A stretch of 50,292 bases of DNA, from positions 1 to 50,292 of IMG/VR virus record IMGVR_UViG_3300005253_000344. One strand, 5' to 3'. The stretch's first letter is position 1; every line of letters starts with the position of its first letter. The translations under genes and the position numbers were made by a program. Positions 1 to 9,964 of the stretch are shown here, in pieces. Origin of the DNA: a virus (lineage: Duplodnaviria > Caudoviricetes). The notes under the pieces are model-generated. The model was not told where the DNA came from. It worked only from the letters and a program-made list of their open reading frames with translations, and did no database searches.

Positions 1-46
1 TTAGCAGTTGTTGAAAACAGTAAACTTTTAATGAAAGGACAATAAC

Positions 47-979
47 ATGGGACTTGACCGAATTGGAACATTCAGATGTAAACTTCTCGAACATGGCATC
101 GATGGCAAGAAGAAAAAAGGCACTGACATAGAACTACCATGGTTCAATGTAAGAGTTCTTCTTACAGAAGTTTACGATGTAAAAGAAGAGAAGTGGTTTG
201 ACTACAGTGAATACACGGCTGAGATCACTGCATTCTTGTGTCTCTATGGTGCCATCAAAAAAGAAGGTGGAAAGATCGGACCGACACTCAGCATGGATCA
301 AGTCAAGAAAGTATTCAACTGGGACGGAAGATCATTGATTCAACTTGCTAACGGTAAGTATGACGACCTTGAATTTCAGGTCAGGATTGGTGATAATACC
401 TATGCAGAGGCCACATATCCATACCAGGTCAACTGGATCGATGTGTATGATGCCGAACCAGGGATGCAGCTTCGCAAGCTCGATGCCGCCGACTTAAAGA
501 GTTTAGATAAACAGTTTGCTGCTATGGGTGCGAAGAATGCAACAGCGAAACCCGTAGCCACTGCTGCTAAAGCTCCGGTTAAAACACGAGTACCTGCTGA
601 TGATGGAGTACCTGATTCAGCCGAAGTAAAAGCTAAGAAAATGGCTAAGAAGTCAGCCAAGAACAAGGCTGCAGTGGCTAAGGCTAAGGCCAAGACTGAA
701 GCCGTTACAGCATCGCCTGCCGGACCACCACCTAAACCAGAATCGAAAGATGCTGTGGTGCCACCTGCTAAACCAGAGAGCACTGCATGTACTATGCAAG
801 AGGGATGGAATAAGATCGTAGAACTGCGAGATCCTTCTATCAGCGATAAAGTGATCGGTGAAGTGTGGCATAGTAGCATTGCCGAGATTGCTGGTCCTGA
901 TGTTGTGTCAGAGGATGTTACCCCGGAACAATGGTATCAGATCGCAGAAAAGACACTTGAGAGTGTTGCTAAATTTTGA
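47..979 (+). CDS. Putative ssDNA-binding/recombination-module protein with Lys/Ala/Pro-rich linker
   Basis: GAAAGGA RBS; beta-rich N-terminal domain plus a long KA-rich linker; follows the nuclease/Sak4-like genes across the circular join (context inference). Confidence 0.45.
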   Translation: MGLDRIGTFRCKLLEHGIDGKKKKGTDIELPWFNVRVLLTEVYDVKEEKWFDYSEYTAEITAFLCLYGAIKKEGGKIGPTLSMDQVKKVFNWDGRSLIQLANGKYDDLEFQVRIGDNTYAEATYPYQVNWIDVYDAEPGMQLRKLDAADLKSLDKQFAAMGAKNATAKPVATAAKAPVKTRVPADDGVPDSAEVKAKKMAKKSAKNKAAVAKAKAKTEAVTASPAGPPPKPESKDAVVPPAKPESTACTMQEGWNKIVELRDPSISDKVIGEVWHSSIAEIAGPDVVSEDVTPEQWYQIAEKTLESVAKF

Positions 980-997
980 TATATTCGCTTATAATCA

Positions 998-1026
998 TTG
1001 ATCGGGTCGTAAGTTAGTTATATGAT
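998..1026 (+). promoter_or_regulatory. Possible sigma70 promoter
   Basis: TTGATC (998-1003), 17 bp spacer, TATGAT (1021-1026). Confidence 0.4.
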
Positions 1027-1028
1027 CG

Positions 1029-1140
1029 AGGTGCTGGCGGCGGCGTTTCACCATGAGAGCGATGGGACAGAGCACCTAAGCAGAATTTAAGAACGTAGGG
1101 CTTGGAATCGTGATGATTCTGCCCGCCAGCATCTATTTTT
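1029..1140 (+). ncRNA. Candidate structured intergenic RNA
   Basis: 12-bp closing stem AGGTGCTGGCGG / CCGCCAGCATCT with internal hairpins, followed by a T-run. Confidence 0.45.
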
Positions 1141-1150
1141 GAGGTGTGAT

Positions 1151-1276
1151 ATGGATTTAGATTGGGTAGTTTGTCCGCATTGCGGAAATGTACAGGAAGA
1201 AGATTGTGACAATGATAGCTTTATCTGTAATGAATGTGATGAAATATTTCATTATGATAAAAGAGAACATGAATGA
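1151..1276 (+). CDS. 41-aa zinc-ribbon protein (not in ORF track)
   Basis: GAGGTG RBS; MDLDWVVCPHCG...ICNECDE; ATGA overlap with the primase start. Confidence 0.75.
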   Translation: MDLDWVVCPHCGNVQEEDCDNDSFICNECDEIFHYDKREHE

Positions 1277-3555
1277 CCCTAACCTTCGCCGAACAACACG
1301 AAGTATATAAAAACAATGTCACCACTGGCATGTTAGAGCACTTCGCTGAAGAACTTGGTGTCACTGTAGCTTCTTTAGAGACACTTGGTGTGGGCTATTA
1401 TCCTGGAGAGTATGCCTGGATATTCGCTGAACGTGATGCTAAAGGTGACATCATTGGTTTGGTTAGGCGGTATCATAATGGTAAAAAGTTCATGATACCA
1501 GGATCTAAACGAGGATTGCATTACGCCTACAATTCAGACCACGCAATAGGAGATAAAAAATATGAAGCAGGGAAATTCCATTGGATTAGAATTACAGAAG
1601 CGGGTGTTATCTGCCCGATTTGTGGAAAACCGGACTGGTGCATGGTGTCATCTGACAACCCAGACGATCCATCTGCTGTGGTATGTAGTCGTATACATGA
1701 TGGCTCAATACGAGAGTTGCCAGATTGTGGCTATCTTCATATTCGGAGAAAAGAACAGCAACAAAATATGGGAACACTTGGAGTTCTCTCAGATACCGAT
1801 CTACCAATCATCATCGTGGAAGGTGCGACTGATGTGTTGGCAGCTATGGATCTGGGCTTCGTGGCGATTGGTCGGCCTTTTGCTGAAGGGGGCATGGAGA
1901 TCCTTCAGGAGATGCCTCTCACGGGTCATGAAGTATGGATCATAGGTGATAACGATGCTGGTGCTGGTAAGAAGGGGATGCAGAAAGCACACCTCAACAT
2001 CAAGAATGCAGTTGAAGATATTAAGTGCATACTCCCACCAGAAGAGATCAAGGACCTGCGACAGTGGGTACAGCGTGGGCTTACCCAAGCTTCGTTATTC
2101 GAGTATGTCGGCGAACATGGTGGCGACAACAAAGAGATAGACCCTAATGTGTTTGCAAATGATGTAGCATATCTGATTGCTGAACGATTCATGAATGAGT
2201 TCCATATGCTGAATGGCGTACCCATACTTCGCAACTATCGCGGCCAATGGCAAGAGTGGAGCAAAGATCACTATGAAGAACTATCTATGGCACTGTTCAA
2301 GGGAAAGCTATACGAATTTCTTGATGGCAAGCAATTCATAAAAACTACTGCAAGGGGTCTTGATATAGTGCCTTACAAACCTACCAGGTCTAAAGTGAAT
2401 GACATCATTGATGCCCTGAATAGGTGGTGCCCTGTAGAGAAAGATCCCCCTGTATGGCTTGACAAAGAAGAACATCCACACCCAAACAATCTTATCATCT
2501 TCAAAAACGGTATGCTCGATGTCACTGAGTACATGAAAGGCAACATCGTATTGCACAATCCCGATCCTCGACTCTTCACATATAATGTTCTCCCATATGT
2601 TTATGATGAGAATGCCTGGTCTAATCTATATGATGATACTTGCAACCAGATATTCAACGAAGATGCTGAATGTATCAGGGTACTCGCTCAGTGGCTTGGT
2701 TATAATACTGTACCAGATATGATACATGAAAAACTCATGATCTTCACCGGAGATGCGAGGGCTGGCAAAGGTACGATACTCGAAACACTACATAGTATGC
2801 TCGGTAAAAATAACTACAGTGCTACCAGTTTCCAGGCATTAGCTGATACACATGGACTATACTCACTCACAGGCAAACTTGCTGCTACACTCGGTGACGC
2901 GAGAACACCAAGGAAGGGTGAAGCTACTGCGGCTCTACAAACGATATTACAGATAACCGGCAGAGATGCTATCACAGTTAATCCTAAATATCTACCGCAA
3001 TTTGATGTTTACCTAAAGTGTAGGTTTACCATTGCCATGAATGAACTTCCTGATTTCGCAGATTCGGCTAAAGCATTTGTAGCCAGAGCTATCATCCTTA
3101 ACTTCCCTAACTCATACGTTGGAAGAGAGGATTTCACCCTGAAGGACCGGCTGCGTAAGGAAGCTCGTGAGGGTAAGTTGATTAACTTTGCTCTGCAAGG
3201 TTTGAAAGACCTTAGAGAACAGGGTAGATTCACCATGCCTAAATCTTCCAAGCCACTTCTGCGACAACTCACAGAGATCACTGCTCCGGTGACAGCGTTC
3301 ATCAGGGAATGTTGTAATAGAAAAGGTGATGCCTATACAACTAAGGATCAGCTATACGAGGTATGGGGATTGTGGTGTGCAAAGACAGGACACAGAGTAG
3401 GCAACCATATTTATTTTGGTCGCTGGCTCAGACAAGCTTACCCATCTGCTGTCGAGTTTCGTCCTATCATCGATGGCAGGAGACAGTATGCGTATCGAGG
3501 ACTCGAACTACAGAATTGGGTTTATTCTACTTATCTGAGTAGACCTAAAAGTTAG
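1273..3555 (+). CDS. Primase-helicase: TOPRIM primase with internal Zn finger plus P4/D5-like SF3 helicase
   Basis: CPICGKPDWC..C; IIVEGATD; GDND; KDLRQW; Walker A GDARAGKGT; C-terminal winged-helix-like region. Confidence 0.9.
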   Translation: MTLTFAEQHEVYKNNVTTGMLEHFAEELGVTVASLETLGVGYYPGEYAWIFAERDAKGDIIGLVRRYHNGKKFMIPGSKRGLHYAYNSDHAIGDKKYEAGKFHWIRITEAGVICPICGKPDWCMVSSDNPDDPSAVVCSRIHDGSIRELPDCGYLHIRRKEQQQNMGTLGVLSDTDLPIIIVEGATDVLAAMDLGFVAIGRPFAEGGMEILQEMPLTGHEVWIIGDNDAGAGKKGMQKAHLNIKNAVEDIKCILPPEEIKDLRQWVQRGLTQASLFEYVGEHGGDNKEIDPNVFANDVAYLIAERFMNEFHMLNGVPILRNYRGQWQEWSKDHYEELSMALFKGKLYEFLDGKQFIKTTARGLDIVPYKPTRSKVNDIIDALNRWCPVEKDPPVWLDKEEHPHPNNLIIFKNGMLDVTEYMKGNIVLHNPDPRLFTYNVLPYVYDENAWSNLYDDTCNQIFNEDAECIRVLAQWLGYNTVPDMIHEKLMIFTGDARAGKGTILETLHSMLGKNNYSATSFQALADTHGLYSLTGKLAATLGDARTPRKGEATAALQTILQITGRDAITVNPKYLPQFDVYLKCRFTIAMNELPDFADSAKAFVARAIILNFPNSYVGREDFTLKDRLRKEAREGKLINFALQGLKDLREQGRFTMPKSSKPLLRQLTEITAPVTAFIRECCNRKGDAYTTKDQLYEVWGLWCAKTGHRVGNHIYFGRWLRQAYPSAVEFRPIIDGRRQYAYRGLELQNWVYSTYLSRPKS

Positions 3556-3566
3556 GAGAATGTAAG

Positions 3567-3734
3567 ATGATTGAAACCCTTGATGATTTCGCAAAAAGTA
3601 TTTTTGAGGATGAAGAACTTTTTAATGATCTTTGCGAATTTGCAGGGGCAATGATGAAATTATCTGATGCCCGCAGTGAAGCAACAGAAAAAGCAATTAA
3701 AAGAATATATGGAATCGAAGGAGAACAGAAATGA
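3567..3734 (+). CDS. 55-aa hypothetical protein (not in ORF track)
   Basis: AGGAG RBS; MIETLDDFAKSIFE...; ATGA-coupled to the next gene. Confidence 0.65.
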   Translation: MIETLDDFAKSIFEDEELFNDLCEFAGAMMKLSDARSEATEKAIKRIYGIEGEQK

Positions 3735-3892
3735 CAACCAGTGAAGAAGATACCATAATAAATGTTCAGAAAACAGAATCACTAAAAGAACGCATCGAGG
3801 ATCTGTTAAAAGAAGCTCTCAGTGGTACGTCTGCACGGAGTAAAAACACAATAATTATAGAAGCATTAACCTTAGTTGGAGATTTGAAATGA
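3731..3892 (+). CDS. 53-aa hypothetical protein (not in ORF track)
   Basis: AGGAG RBS; MTTSEEDTIINV...; ATGA overlaps at both ends. Confidence 0.65.
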   Translation: MTTSEEDTIINVQKTESLKERIEDLLKEALSGTSARSKNTIIIEALTLVGDLK

Positions 3893-4365
3893 AAAACAAA
3901 CTAAACTGGTTACTAACACTAATATGTATCGTGTCCCTCGCCATCATCAGTTGTAGATCCATGATGGATCGGGCGACACCGACCTCAGTGGCAAAACAAT
4001 CTTATGAATACGTCAATGAATCACTTAACGGTTTCAAGGAGATTGATTCATTGTATAATGTAAAGAAGCTTCATAATGAGATTGTTATCAAGTACCGCAC
4101 AGCACAGATCAATTTCCTGCGAATGGCTGAGGATGATAAACTTGCATACACTGATGCCATCGGTTTCATTGATGCCAACATTAAAGAAGCTGAATACTTT
4201 CAGGGCATCATTGTGGGTAGTGCAGACCAGCCGTTGAGTTTGATCGGTATCCTTGCAGGATTCACTGGTGGTGCCGCTATTGGCAGAATGCTTAAACGGA
4301 AAGGCGACTATTCACCATCTGAAGTTGAAGAGGTTGTGGCTAAGGCTAAAAGGAGAGTGGATTGA
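3889..4365 (+). CDS. Putative lipoprotein with C-terminal hydrophobic segment (u-spanin-like topology)
   Basis: Basic N-terminus, hydrophobic stretch and LAIIS-C lipobox-like site; C-terminal LSLIGILAGFTGGAAIG followed by basic residues. Confidence 0.5.
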   Translation: MKNKLNWLLTLICIVSLAIISCRSMMDRATPTSVAKQSYEYVNESLNGFKEIDSLYNVKKLHNEIVIKYRTAQINFLRMAEDDKLAYTDAIGFIDANIKEAEYFQGIIVGSADQPLSLIGILAGFTGGAAIGRMLKRKGDYSPSEVEEVVAKAKRRVD

Positions 4366-4817
4366 TGATTTACCGTGGAGACAATTATCTTAAATGTGTT
4401 GAATGTTCATATACTTTCAAATTTGGTGATATGGCCTTTCACAGTGAAAGATATGGGCGTTATCGTTATATATGTCAACAATGTTCAGAAAGGGAAAACA
4501 TGCCAAACATTAAAATCACAGCAAAAGTAGACGGCAAGATAATACCGTTAGAAACTATCAGCACAGAAACATTCGAGGCGATCAAGGCGTTGGAGAAGCC
4601 TAAGGAGATTCCGGTGACGAGAGTTGGAATATTTAGAAGTTTACCAGTCAAAAGACGATTAATCCTAAAAATAACTTCCAGTATTAGGTCATGTGTTTCT
4701 GACCCTGATAAACATATACTTGCCATAGATACAGCAACAGGTGATGTTGCTGCTTGGTGGGAAGAAGAAAGTGATGAAGGTCGTATCAGAGGTTATGAGA
4801 ATGTCAAACCCCTATGA
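4362..4817 (+). CDS. Hypothetical protein with N-terminal CxxC..CxxC
   Basis: ORF coupled to neighbours; CVEC and CQQC motifs. Confidence 0.6.
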   Translation: MMIYRGDNYLKCVECSYTFKFGDMAFHSERYGRYRYICQQCSERENMPNIKITAKVDGKIIPLETISTETFEAIKALEKPKEIPVTRVGIFRSLPVKRRLILKITSSIRSCVSDPDKHILAIDTATGDVAAWWEEESDEGRIRGYENVKPL

Positions 4818-5188
4818 ACCACTTCCAATCACGCACGCACCTGATCCTATGGCTGGAAAACAACTGTCCACGTAAGGCTATTGTCCGGGCACTGTATGAG
4901 GGCACTGTTGAGTTCTATGGGGGGTTCAATCCTGTTCCCCCCACTGAACATCCTGGCTGGATCATACGAGTGACATCTGTACACGGCAAGATTAGATACG
5001 TTGCTGTGATCGCATACCGGGACCATTACGGTATTAGGATTCTGCGTGATGTGCCGTGGGGGTGTTGGTGTGGTACATACAAATGGCCAGTATGTTATAA
5101 CAATGATAATAAGTTCAGGCAACAATTATTCAGTGGTGATCATCCTGAAGAGTATAAAAGACTAAAGGAGATTTGGAATGAAAATTAG
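4814..5188 (+). CDS. Hypothetical protein
   Basis: ATGA-coupled ORF, 124 aa. Confidence 0.65.
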   Translation: MNHFQSRTHLILWLENNCPRKAIVRALYEGTVEFYGGFNPVPPTEHPGWIIRVTSVHGKIRYVAVIAYRDHYGIRILRDVPWGCWCGTYKWPVCYNNDNKFRQQLFSGDHPEEYKRLKEIWNEN

Positions 5189-5435
5189 TGTATATAAAGA
5201 ATCAGACGATAGAATACCTGTTGATAGAGCAACTGGTGGAGAAACTGATCCTATACTTTGGTGTCGGGATGGAATGTTTTGTATAATTCCGACACCCGTA
5301 ATTCAAAATGCTGTAGAGTTTCGTAAATCGTTTCATGTGGAAAAACGTACACCACCTGAACTATATTTTTATTGGTCCCAAGGCATACCGATCAGTAATC
5401 TGGCTGGTAGGGCTTTGATGGGGGGAGTAATATGA
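5178..5435 (+). CDS. Hypothetical protein
   Basis: AAGGAG RBS; overlapping ORF. Confidence 0.6.
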   Translation: MKISVYKESDDRIPVDRATGGETDPILWCRDGMFCIIPTPVIQNAVEFRKSFHVEKRTPPELYFYWSQGIPISNLAGRALMGGVI

Positions 5436-5680
5436 AAAGGATAATATGTTGGTTAATCGGCCATAATTGGTTTGTTTTTTGGTCAAATGAAATTCGTTTT
5501 CAAAAGGGGATGGAAACATTCAGATATAAATGTTGCACCAGGTGCCCAAAGACAAAAAGATTTGATATTCAAAAAGCAGAAAAACCTTTGCCTTCTATTG
5601 ATTGTGGCCAAAAAGTTAAATGGGTAAATTATTCATTTACTCAACAAAGCAATAACCAATCCCACAATAACCGTGATTAG
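5432..5680 (+). CDS. Small Cys/His protein (DUF1660-like 'CWLIGH' type)
   Basis: GGGAG RBS; IICWLIGHNW...CTRC pattern common in small phage proteins. Confidence 0.55.
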   Translation: MKRIICWLIGHNWFVFWSNEIRFQKGMETFRYKCCTRCPKTKRFDIQKAEKPLPSIDCGQKVKWVNYSFTQQSNNQSHNNRD

Positions 5681-5782
5681 TGGTATCGTCAATAGCCAGT
5701 GATGTTTGATGTGATTACTGAAATGCTTGGTAAGACTACAAACCCGTTCATCAATCCGCATTAAAAGATCATGGTCATTCAT
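5633..5782 (-). CDS. 49-aa holin/XhlA-like membrane peptide (not in ORF track)
   Basis: MNDHDLLMRIDERVCSLTKHFSNHIKHHWLLTIPLITVIVGLVIALLSK; ATGA-coupled to the last structural gene; amphipathic N-terminus plus C-terminal TM. Confidence 0.6.
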   Translation of the reverse strand: MNDHDLLMRIDERVCSLTKHFSNHIKHHWLLTIPLITVIVGLVIALLSK

Positions 5783-8700
5783 TTAGGCCCCCTTCTTGCT
5801 GGTGGTCCCTTGCGTGCTGGACCACGCCCACCTGTTGATTCTTCACCCTCTTTAGGCAGAACACGCTTAATCTCAGGCACAGGAACGCCAGATAATGTTC
5901 CAGCACCCTCAGCGAATCTATTGATACCACGCATAAAAGCTTCTTCGGCTTCCTCGTTTTCACCCAAAAGAGTATGAGCCATTGCTTCTGCCATATCAGG
6001 TGGGCTTTTCAGTACCATATTAACTACTCTAACAGGATATGATTCTAATACTTCGCCGATATAAGTTGTTTTTGCTCCTGCTAAAGTATCTACAAATCTA
6101 TTAACTGTTATTTGAAGAGCTTTACCAAACAGGGGAAACATAGCTGCCCAAGAAGTTAAAAAATCCTCAAAATATTTAACAGGTTCTTTTAATTTTCTGG
6201 TTAGGGCTGCCATAATAGTAAGACGTAGGAACATGTTGACAGTATAGCCAGTAAGAACAGCACCACCTTTTTGGGCGAATGCTGTTTTATCATCTAAAGT
6301 CTTAGCACTATTCATATAATCTAATTTAGCTTCGTTGAATATTGTAAGTGATTTTTCATGGAAAGAACGAAAAAGTAAATATATTCGCCTTAAACCTTTT
6401 TCAGATGTCAATATAGATCTGTTCCATCTGTCCCATGATGGTTGCGTTCTTTGCCAAAGATATTCAGCACGATCTGAAACCATTCGTCTCCATTGTTCAA
6501 CTGCTTGTCTTTCTTCTGGATCTGCATTCTCACCTTCCTCTTGGACTTTTCTCCATAAATCGGTATTTGCTTCTGGTAAATTTTCTTTATCGAGCCACCA
6601 CTTAGCAGAGAATCCAATTAATTTACCTGTTCGTGCAGTATCATATTCTTTCTTAGCCATTTCCATTCCGGCTGTTAAGGCCCCCAGGTCAGCTATCTTC
6701 ATTGCCCATCCAGCCTTATTAATATCAGAGCTTTTACCATCAGTCCACATTCGCAGTGCTGCATCAGCCTGAGTTGCTTCTCCCAATTCCAGACTGCTGT
6801 GACCCATGTGGAATCGATCCCAGGCTATGTCTGATAAGGCCAGTGTTTCTAATGAGTTCTCAATATTTAGGCCATCCTTGATGCTGGTCATGAACTCCGG
6901 CGATACATAGGCACCATAATTAAAAGCTGATGTATATTGACTGGCTACAACTCTTGGGTTGAAGAACAAGACAGCACGATATAATCCTGGTAGGCGTGCT
7001 GCAAACCACGCAGACATAATACCTTCTGGTGCTGGAATGCTTTGTGCCCGTTCATGTATTTTTATAATACGCTTACGTACTTCGTTGTATCCTTTTTGAT
7101 CAAGTGCCGCTGCTATACTGGGATCATTGAGTAGAGTTCTCGATGTCCGGGAAGCCTCGGCCATACCAACGTATTCGGCTGTAGCACTTTCAAAAACACT
7201 GAATCGCCTAAGAGCATCACGCAGAACTAACGGTGCTGTGCTCCGAGTTCTGTCTTTGAGTATTCCCTTATCTTCAATCAGATTGACACCGAACTGACCC
7301 AGTTTACCCATCCTGGTTTTACCAGCTAATCTTTTTGGCATATAGACTTCAAGGCCCCACCAGTCAGGTTCGGTAGCTAAGTCTTTACCGTCCATTCGTT
7401 GTGATACTTGATTGATCGAGGGTTTCCAAATCTGTTCACCGATCTTTAATACTGTAACAGCGACCCTCAACGCCTTTGGGTCAGCCTCTACTCTTGTCCT
7501 TAGATCAGCTATCTGTTCTTCAGACAATGCACCAGTCTCAACTCCTTCTATCACCAGACCACCTTCAGTTAAGTGCCGCATACCAGCTTCCTGGTTGCTG
7601 ATCAGATAGATGTCGATCAGATTGGCCATGGTCATCTCGAAGTTTTGGCCGTTTATATTTATAATAGAAGCCTCAGTAGCCGCACCTTTGCTTATCATCT
7701 GGTGAGTCTGTAATCTCGGATTAACAGCCTTACTCATCTTAGCCAGATCAGCATCAGTTATACCAGCTTCCTGTAGTTCAGTCAGGAGTGCATTCATTAC
7801 AGATCTTGTATGGGCTGCTGAGTTTTTTCTACCAGCTTCAATACCTTTATCAAGTACCTCTGTGAATATGCCTTCTGTACCGCCATCGAGTATTCTTGCA
7901 AGGTGGTAAGGCGGTGTGTTATCAATACCGAAGAAGAAGTTTTTGAATCCCTGTATCGCACCAGTCTTGCCGAATCCTATCTTAATCGTAGCCGGGACTT
8001 TCTTCTTATCTACGAGTGCTTCTGTAGTTTTCGCAGCATCATTACGAACCACACGCATTGAAGTTGCCCTGCCAGCTACAGTGATAGGCATATCATAATC
8101 TTCAGGTAACAATTCCTTTGGTGTACCATAAGACTCTTCGAGAGCAGAGACAAATTCGTTCTTCTCTTTCATCGACATATCTTTCATAGAACGCTTGCCT
8201 GTCACCATCTCGGCAATATCACGATACTCTTCATCAGTCAATTCAGCTTCGCGTGCTATCTTGTGGCCAAGCACCAGAAGATTCTTTTTAGATCTTTTGA
8301 TTTTAGGTGGAGTTACTGGTTGCGTTTCTCGTTCTAATATGGCTTCGATGTTAGTTCGATTCCTGCTAAGGAAGGCGAGTTCGTCTCTTTCTGTCGGAGT
8401 TCGTTCATCAGTCTCTTTCAACTTCAGTTCTCGATACCTAAGATCAGCCTCATTCAATCTGTTATCAACCTGCTCATTAGTTAGACCATACTGATGTCCT
8501 ATAGCATGATCAGGTGTCTGTGGTTCTATTTCTTCTATCGGTTTTTTGGTGAGTTCTTCTACAGTGGGGGGAGTTATGTCCGGTTCACTAAGTTCCTTAC
8601 CCCGCGTACCAGGAAGAACAACACTCACCATTCCACCAGCACCAATACCACCAACTAAAGCATCCTGCCAATCATCCATTACATGATCATACGCAGCCTT

Positions 8701-9507
8701 GACAGCAGTAGGTATGTCCTTTGGGCTTCTATAATCATATCCAAAATACTCTAATAGATTATGACCCATCGTTTCAATTACTTCTTGTGCCCCTTCCCAC
8801 CCACCTTTCTTTAAGATGTTCATAATAGTACGAGCACTGGGTTTAAGCAGTTTATCGAAACCTATCTTCTCTGTAACAAAAGTCCACGCACCGGCCATCT
8901 GTGCGAGTTTAGAAGCTATATTAGATGGTACATTCTCATTACGGAGACGATTATACATACCACCTGTTTCGGAAGCGGCCAATGCCACAAGTCCCGCATG
9001 CGGACTTTTAGTTAGGAATGTAGTACCAACAACCACACCTATAGATGTTAGCCCAGAACTAACAGCACTCACGGTTTTGCTTACGGGTCTATCTCTCCAT
9101 CTTGCCTCAACTATATCCGGGTTAGGAGCTTCCCAACCTTTGTTCGCTTGTTCATCCCAGAAATCACTAACCTTTTTTGCAGCGTCAGCATGTTTCTTCA
9201 TCTTGCGATCATAAAACGACAATGCTCGATCAGGTCCATATTTGCGGATGAGATGTTCAGCGATGATACTGGCACCAGGCATGTTAATGTGTTTGGTTAC
9301 TACAGTGCCTATTGTAGTTTCTGCCGCCATACGGCCCAGACCGCCTAATATTTGTCCTGTCATAGATTCAAGAGTTCTAACAGGAGCAGCCGCGACTTCT
9401 TTAATAGCTTGGCCAGCTTTCTGTATCGCAGTTGGCTTCGGACGAGGTTCAGTAATCGTTTCCCACTCATCCTCTTCTTGAATCGTCTCCCATTCGTTAT
9501 TTGGCAT
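5779..9507 (-). CDS. Large internal virion/DNA ejection protein
   Basis: 1242 aa, helical, with Gly/Ala hydrophobic segments; last large gene of a podovirus-like structural operon (position inference). Confidence 0.6.
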   Translation of the reverse strand: MPNNEWETIQEEDEWETITEPRPKPTAIQKAGQAIKEVAAAPVRTLESMTGQILGGLGRMAAETTIGTVVTKHINMPGASIIAEHLIRKYGPDRALSFYDRKMKKHADAAKKVSDFWDEQANKGWEAPNPDIVEARWRDRPVSKTVSAVSSGLTSIGVVVGTTFLTKSPHAGLVALAASETGGMYNRLRNENVPSNIASKLAQMAGAWTFVTEKIGFDKLLKPSARTIMNILKKGGWEGAQEVIETMGHNLLEYFGYDYRSPKDIPTAVKAAYDHVMDDWQDALVGGIGAGGMVSVVLPGTRGKELSEPDITPPTVEELTKKPIEEIEPQTPDHAIGHQYGLTNEQVDNRLNEADLRYRELKLKETDERTPTERDELAFLSRNRTNIEAILERETQPVTPPKIKRSKKNLLVLGHKIAREAELTDEEYRDIAEMVTGKRSMKDMSMKEKNEFVSALEESYGTPKELLPEDYDMPITVAGRATSMRVVRNDAAKTTEALVDKKKVPATIKIGFGKTGAIQGFKNFFFGIDNTPPYHLARILDGGTEGIFTEVLDKGIEAGRKNSAAHTRSVMNALLTELQEAGITDADLAKMSKAVNPRLQTHQMISKGAATEASIININGQNFEMTMANLIDIYLISNQEAGMRHLTEGGLVIEGVETGALSEEQIADLRTRVEADPKALRVAVTVLKIGEQIWKPSINQVSQRMDGKDLATEPDWWGLEVYMPKRLAGKTRMGKLGQFGVNLIEDKGILKDRTRSTAPLVLRDALRRFSVFESATAEYVGMAEASRTSRTLLNDPSIAAALDQKGYNEVRKRIIKIHERAQSIPAPEGIMSAWFAARLPGLYRAVLFFNPRVVASQYTSAFNYGAYVSPEFMTSIKDGLNIENSLETLALSDIAWDRFHMGHSSLELGEATQADAALRMWTDGKSSDINKAGWAMKIADLGALTAGMEMAKKEYDTARTGKLIGFSAKWWLDKENLPEANTDLWRKVQEEGENADPEERQAVEQWRRMVSDRAEYLWQRTQPSWDRWNRSILTSEKGLRRIYLLFRSFHEKSLTIFNEAKLDYMNSAKTLDDKTAFAQKGGAVLTGYTVNMFLRLTIMAALTRKLKEPVKYFEDFLTSWAAMFPLFGKALQITVNRFVDTLAGAKTTYIGEVLESYPVRVVNMVLKSPPDMAEAMAHTLLGENEEAEEAFMRGINRFAEGAGTLSGVPVPEIKRVLPKEGEESTGGRGPARKGPPARRGPK

Positions 9508-9964
9508 GTTTTCTTTTATTCCTATTATTTTCGGCCTGAGTCACAAAACGTATATTTCCGGGTTCATAATGTCCATCATTATTTATACGATCTACTGTAA
9601 GATCACGCGGATCAACCTTTAATTCATTGATAACATGATCCGCAAACTCATTGAAAGATTTGAATAAACATTTAATGCCCCTGCCACCATAATTTTTATA
9701 ACTTTTAATTTTCGGATCATTACACCGTTGTTTTATATTAATAAAACGATTATGGAGACAACCTATAATAGTTTGATGATATTTTTTACAACGTTTGTTT
9801 TCTTCAACTTTATAAACTTGATAACGTTTTTGATCATAATTCTTTACACAAGTTTTACAACGAGAATTAAGTCCATATTTACCTTTTGGTTTCTTATGAA
9901 ATTCAGAAACCAACTGTAATATTCCGCACTTTGTGCAAGTTTTTACCCACTCACTATCTGCCAT
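9497..9964 (-). CDS. HNH homing endonuclease
   Basis: CTKC..CKTC Zn motif; YKNYGGRGI; LTVDRINNDGHYEPGNIRFVT..ENNRN. Confidence 0.9.
   Translation of the reverse strand: MADSEWVKTCTKCGILQLVSEFHKKPKGKYGLNSRCKTCVKNYDQKRYQVYKVEENKRCKKYHQTIIGCLHNRFINIKQRCNDPKIKSYKNYGGRGIKCLFKSFNEFADHVINELKVDPRDLTVDRINNDGHYEPGNIRFVTQAENNRNKRKHAK

Noticed and set aside
1029-1140. Canonical tRNA gene
   Set aside because: No GTTCRA T-loop, standard D-arm, 7-nt anticodon loop or CCA; kept only as a candidate ncRNA
9497-9964. Group I intron around the HNH genes
   Set aside because: HNH ORFs overlap flanking genes with no room for a ribozyme core, and the flanking genes look complete
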